A stretch of DNA of 64,000 nucleotides from an uncultured Gemmatimonadales bacterium (GTDB lineage Bacteria; Gemmatimonadota; Gemmatimonadetes; Longimicrobiales; RSA9): the NCBI GenBank assembly GCA_963798845.1, contig CAWCUS010000005.1, positions 1-64,000 on the forward strand. Direction: 5' to 3'. The notes beneath the pieces are model-generated. The model had not been told where the DNA came from, did no database searches, and worked only from the letters and a program-made list of their open reading frames with translations. Made by a program: the position numbers and the translations under genes. Numbering within the stretch: position 1 is the first letter of the stretch; each line of letters starts with the position of its first letter. Shown here piece after piece: positions 60,174-64,000 of the stretch.

Positions 60174-63100
60174 AGAGCTGCCTGCTGTCCAACAGGTACT
60201 CGGCGGGAACCGCGCGGCCGGTGGTGATGTTCCGCAGGGTCTCGGGCGGCGCGTAGCTCGCCTCCAGGGTGCCGCTCGGATTGAAGTGCCACTCGAGCGA
60301 GACCGTCGAATAGGCGGCGATGTCGTTGCCGCCGAGCGGGGACTCCACGTTCACCCAGAAATCCTGCAGCCCAGGCAGCTCCTTCCCGGCCACGAGGTAG
60401 AGCTGATCGAGGCTGGCGCCCGGCCGGGTCTGGATCTCGAAGTAGTCGAGCCCGAGCTCGGGTCCGATCCGCGACGCCACCAGGTCCGTGAACCCGTAGA
60501 GCGCGGCCGCTTCGCCAAGGAGCGACTGCCCGCCGACATTCGCGACCTCCGTGCACGAGCGGCCGACTGCCAGGAAACAGAGCAGCTCCGACTGCGGCAC
60601 GGCGCTGCCGTTGGCTGAAGCGAGGTTGACGTTCAGGTTGTCGATCGTACCCGTGACCCGGATGCGCACGTCCACGCGCGTGTTCGGTCCGGTGCGGACG
60701 GTGCGGGACGCCGTGATGTCCAGCGCGGGGTTGGGGCTCGGATCGCCGAAGAACCGAACCGTGGCGTCCACGAGCTGGAACTGGCGCGTGATCCCGGGGC
60801 CGGCGACGACCGTGAACGTGCCCTGGTCTCCGGTCAGCCGGCCCTGAATGGCGAAGTCCCCGCCGGTCTTGTTGACGGTGAGCCTTCCCGCGAGCTGGGC
60901 GCGGCCTTCCTTCATGACGAACCACAGGTTGTCCCCGACCGTGACCTGGAGGTCGTGAATGGCGAACCCGCCCGCCGCCGCCGGCTCGGCCATCTGGAGC
61001 CCGCCCTGGAGGAGGTCGAACTGCTGACTGGCGCCGATGAGCCGCTGGCCGAAGCCGGCCTGCTCGACGGGGGCAAGGCTCACGGCGCCGTCGCGGACTG
61101 CAACGTCGCCGGTGATCGATGGCTGACCGAAGGAGCCGGTGAGCGCCACGTTACCCCAGACCCCGGCGTCGTTCTCGCCGCTCACGCCCTGGGGCTGGAA
61201 GCCGTTGAGGTCGACCGAGATCTCCAGCGCCGGATCGGTCAGCTCCTCCAGCGTGATCCGCCCGGACGCCACCGCCGTCCCGCCGCTCGTGACCGAGAGG
61301 TCATGGAGCGTGACCACGCGGCCATCGAGCGTGGCACGGCCGCTGAGGTCGTGGTAGCGCTTGTCGAGCATGGGCACCGTGGCGGCGCCGTTCTGGATCG
61401 TCACGGATCCGCCCACCTGGGGCGAGGCGGGCGTGCCGCCGAGCGTCATGTCGGCGGAGAGGTCCCCGGCGATATCGGTTATGGTGCGGATCCCGGGGTC
61501 GAGAGTGGCGAGCGGGAACCGCTGGGTCGTGAGGTGTCCTTCCACCGGAGCATCGTCGACCAGCGCGAAGGACGGCGGGAGGCCCAGAGTCATGTCGGCT
61601 CCGGCGGCGGCGGTGATCTGGACGCGGGCGGAGTCGCCGAGCTGCCCGGTGGCTTCGAACGTGAGGCGGGCATCCGAGTACCCGAGCTTGCCCGTGATGG
61701 CCTGCACCGGGACGCCCCGAAGCGAGCCGCCGTCGAGCCGGAGCTGGAGCGATACCGTGGGCTGCGCCGCCGGCCCGCGAACGGAGCCCTGGAGATCGAG
61801 CAGCCCCGTCACGGGGAGCGACGACCCGGCGAACGCCAGCACTTCTCCGATCGGCAGCCGGCGGATGTCCAGGTCGAAGTCGGTCTCGTCGGCAGGGGCC
61901 AGGACGCCGTCGATCCGGGCCACGCCCTGGCCGCCCACCTGCTCGAACCCGAGATCCTGCACGTGCACCGCCTCCCCCTTCCGCCAGGCGATGGTGGCAG
62001 GGCCCGGGAGGTGCCAACGTTGCCCCTCCAGGTCCAGCTCGGCCTGTCGGACCAGGATCTCGCGGGCACCGGTGTCGTCCATCCGGCCGCTCGCCTGGAA
62101 CTGGACCACGCCGCCGCCGCCCGTCTGATCCGCGTCCAGCGCCACCTCGAATGTGGGCTCGGTGAAGTCGACATCCAGGGAAGCGCGGTCGAAGTCGCCC
62201 CCGGGGGTGCGGATGTTCGTGCCCTGCACCTTGGCCACCACGTCGGGGAGCGCAGTGTCCGGCCGCACGTCGTAGCTGCCACTGAAGCTCGCGGCGGCCC
62301 AGGCACCATAGCGGAAGTCCTGCGCGCTCATGGTGCCGCGGACCGACGGGCTCTGGAGCGTGCCCTGGATCGTCCCTGTCGCGCTCAATGCCCCGGTCAC
62401 GAACGGCTGGATCCCGGTGGCGGAATCGGCAGGGAAGTACGGGGCGAGCGGCTGCAGCGACGCCACGGCGATGTCGTAGCTGAGGGCCCCACCGCTGCCG
62501 TTGGCGAACCGCCACTCCCCACTGGCGGCGAGGTGGATCGGACCGAGGTCCATGCGGGCGGTGCGGGCACGCAGCAGCCCGTGGTCGGCGCTGCCGTCGA
62601 GGGCGATCGTGTCCCCGGGCTGACTCCGCCACCCGGTGAACGTGCCGTTCAGCGCTACCGTGGCGTCCGCAATGGCGGGCTCGAGGCCGGACCCGGCCAG
62701 CTGGAAGGTGGCGTGTACCGCCGCCGGCGGCGCGGAAGGCGCCAGAACCTGGCGCAGCTCCACGCCGGCGATCCGGCCGTGGAGATCGTAGGTCGGGACC
62801 GAGTCCTGGAGGTTCACGACGCCGGCGACGGTCAGCACGCCCCCGCCGGTCTCCAGCCGGACGTCCACCTGGAGCGGCGAATCTCCGGGCGTGCCCTGGA
62901 ACCGGACCGTGCCGCTCACGGCACCCGCCAGGGGCAACGCCGGCGCGAACTGCCGGACCACGGAAAGCGGGACCTCCTGGAGCTCGGCGGTGACCTGGCC
63001 GAGGTGGAGCTTCCCCCCCGCCAGGCTCACGGACCCGGTCAGATGGGTGGAGAACGGCCGCCCCGACGTCGGCTGGGCGAGCTGCGCCTGCAGCTCGAAG

Positions 63101-64000
63101 GCGACCTGCTCCCCGGTCCCATGAATGCGTCCGTTCAGCTCACCGGTGTAGGGCAGCGGACCCGTGAACGCCTCCACGAGCGAAAGCCGGAGAGGGTTCA
63201 CCCGAACATCGATCGACTCCAGCGTGGGCCCGTCGGGTCCGAGCACGGCCTGCAGCGATCCGGAAACGTGCGAGCGCGGGGCGGTCAGGTCGAGACCGGT
63301 CAGGGTGATCCCGGTCCGCTCCGCGCCCAGCGGCCGCACGGCGACGTGGGCGCTCCCGTGCGCGCCCTCCGGCACTTCAGCCTTCAGCCATGGAAGTTCG
63401 GCAAGCTGGAGGTCCGTGACGGCCAGCGAGGCGCGGACGCCCATCCCGCCCAGCGACGGGCTCCACAGCCCCGAGGCGTCGGCGAACGTGGAGCTGCCGA
63501 ACTGGACGGAGGTGATGTCGAAGCGAAGCCCGCCGCCCGGAAGCTCGAGATCCGCATCCTGCAGCGCCACATGGCGTTCTACCATCCCTCCCGTGCTGTC
63601 CGGGAGCTCCACCTGCGCCTCCGCGGACGCGATCCGGAACTCGGGATGGGCCACGTCGGGGCCGGACAGGCGTGCGGAGGCCACCGACACTTCGAGGTTG
63701 GACGCGCGGTACTCGCTGCTGGGCATCTTCAGCGTCACCGTCCCGCCGCGGATCTGGAAGTTGCTCAGCGTCACCGTCGTCGCGGCCCCGCGGTTCTCCT
63801 TCGAGCGGTTCATCAGCGGTCCGAGCGTCTGCTGGTAGTTCCACCCGGCCGCCGACTTCACCAGGTGGATTTCCGGGCTATCGATCACGCCGTCGGATAC
63901 CAGGATCTCACCGCCCGCCGCCGCCTGGACGTTGAAGGCCATCCTCTTCACCTGCAGCATGGGCGCGCCGGATCCGTCCTGCCACGCCACCGTCCCCGCC
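60142..64000 (-). CDS. TamB/AsmA-like translocation and assembly module protein (5' end outside the window)
   Basis: Over 1280 aa of repeated beta-strand sequence; C-terminal region with FFGDPSPNPALDITA and VPQSELL, ending RWRWTY. Confidence 0.8.
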   Translation of the reverse strand, partial: AGTVAWQDGSGAPMLQVKRMAFNVQAAAGGEILVSDGVIDSPEIHLVKSAAGWNYQQTLGPLMNRSKENRGAATTVTLSNFQIRGGTVTLKMPSSEYRASNLEVSVASARLSGPDVAHPEFRIASAEAQVELPDSTGGMVERHVALQDADLELPGGGLRFDITSVQFGSSTFADASGLWSPSLGGMGVRASLAVTDLQLAELPWLKAEVPEGAHGSAHVAVRPLGAERTGITLTGLDLTAPRSHVSGSLQAVLGPDGPTLESIDVRVNPLRLSLVEAFTGPLPYTGELNGRIHGTGEQVAFELQAQLAQPTSGRPFSTHLTGSVSLAGGKLHLGQVTAELQEVPLSVVRQFAPALPLAGAVSGTVRFQGTPGDSPLQVDVRLETGGGVLTVAGVVNLQDSVPTYDLHGRIAGVELRQVLAPSAPPAAVHATFQLAGSGLEPAIADATVALNGTFTGWRSQPGDTIALDGSADHGLLRARTARMDLGPIHLAASGEWRFANGSGGALSYDIAVASLQPLAPYFPADSATGIQPFVTGALSATGTIQGTLQSPSVRGTMSAQDFRYGAWAAASFSGSYDVRPDTALPDVVAKVQGTNIRTPGGDFDRASLDVDFTEPTFEVALDADQTGGGGVVQFQASGRMDDTGAREILVRQAELDLEGQRWHLPGPATIAWRKGEAVHVQDLGFEQVGGQGVARIDGVLAPADETDFDLDIRRLPIGEVLAFAGSSLPVTGLLDLQGSVRGPAAQPTVSLQLRLDGGSLRGVPVQAITGKLGYSDARLTFEATGQLGDSARVQITAAAGADMTLGLPPSFALVDDAPVEGHLTTQRFPLATLDPGIRTITDIAGDLSADMTLGGTPASPQVGGSVTIQNGAATVPMLDKRYHDLSGRATLDGRVVTLHDLSVTSGGTAVASGRITLEELTDPALEISVDLNGFQPQGVSGENDAGVWGNVALTGSFGQPSITGDVAVRDGAVSLAPVEQAGFGQRLIGASQQFDLLQGGLQMAEPAAAGGFAIHDLQVTVGDNLWFVMKEGRAQLAGRLTVNKTGGDFAIQGRLTGDQGTFTVVAGPGITRQFQLVDATVRFFGDPSPNPALDITASRTVRTGPNTRVDVRIRVTGTIDNLNVNLASANGSAVPQSELLCFLAVGRSCTEVANVGGQSLLGEAAALYGFTDLVASRIGPELGLDYFEIQTRPGASLDQLYLVAGKELPGLQDFWVNVESPLGGNDIAAYSTVSLEWHFNPSGTLEASYAPPETLRNITTGRAVPAEYLLDSRQLFIATRWRWTY

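Overview
A GC-rich (roughly 70%) bacterial core-chromosome segment from a diderm. Gene content suggests Gemmatimonadota or another FCB-group lineage (LpxC-FabZ fusion, PorV-like, GWxTD-like and BshC genes, mcsA-mcsB-clpC beside bamA); this is inference only. About 57 kb is co-oriented on the + strand with many ATGA/GTGA stop-start overlaps. The order is: era, Trm112-like, PorV-like, rnr, GGDEF, Zn-finger, prfB (programmed +1 frameshift), lysS, lolC/E-lolD, mcsA-mcsB-clpC, bamA-skp-lpxD-lpxC/fabZ-lpxA-(GnnA-like)-small ORF-lpxB-DUF374-lpxK, nadB, rlmH, bshC, murJ, uvrC, gltX, larC, TPR lipoprotein, multi-Zn protein, DUF512 radical SAM, der-plsY-gpsA, merR-surE-pcm-yqaA, tRNA-Arg(CCT), TPM/nucleotidyltransferase-like/LemA, ccmA-H and lgt. 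The window ends with a divergent GWxTD-like/GntR pair and a partial TamB-like gene. No mobile element, prophage or CRISPR array was seen. era and ccmF each carry one extra base, probably a sequencing artefact. The best candidates for undescribed biology are the TPM-NTase-LemA module, an arginine-kinase/ClpC module wired into the outer-membrane operon, a GnnA-like gene plus a 44-aa membrane ORF inside the lipid A cluster, and sharp local C-rich to G-rich flips centred on AT-rich rare-codon patches inside genes.
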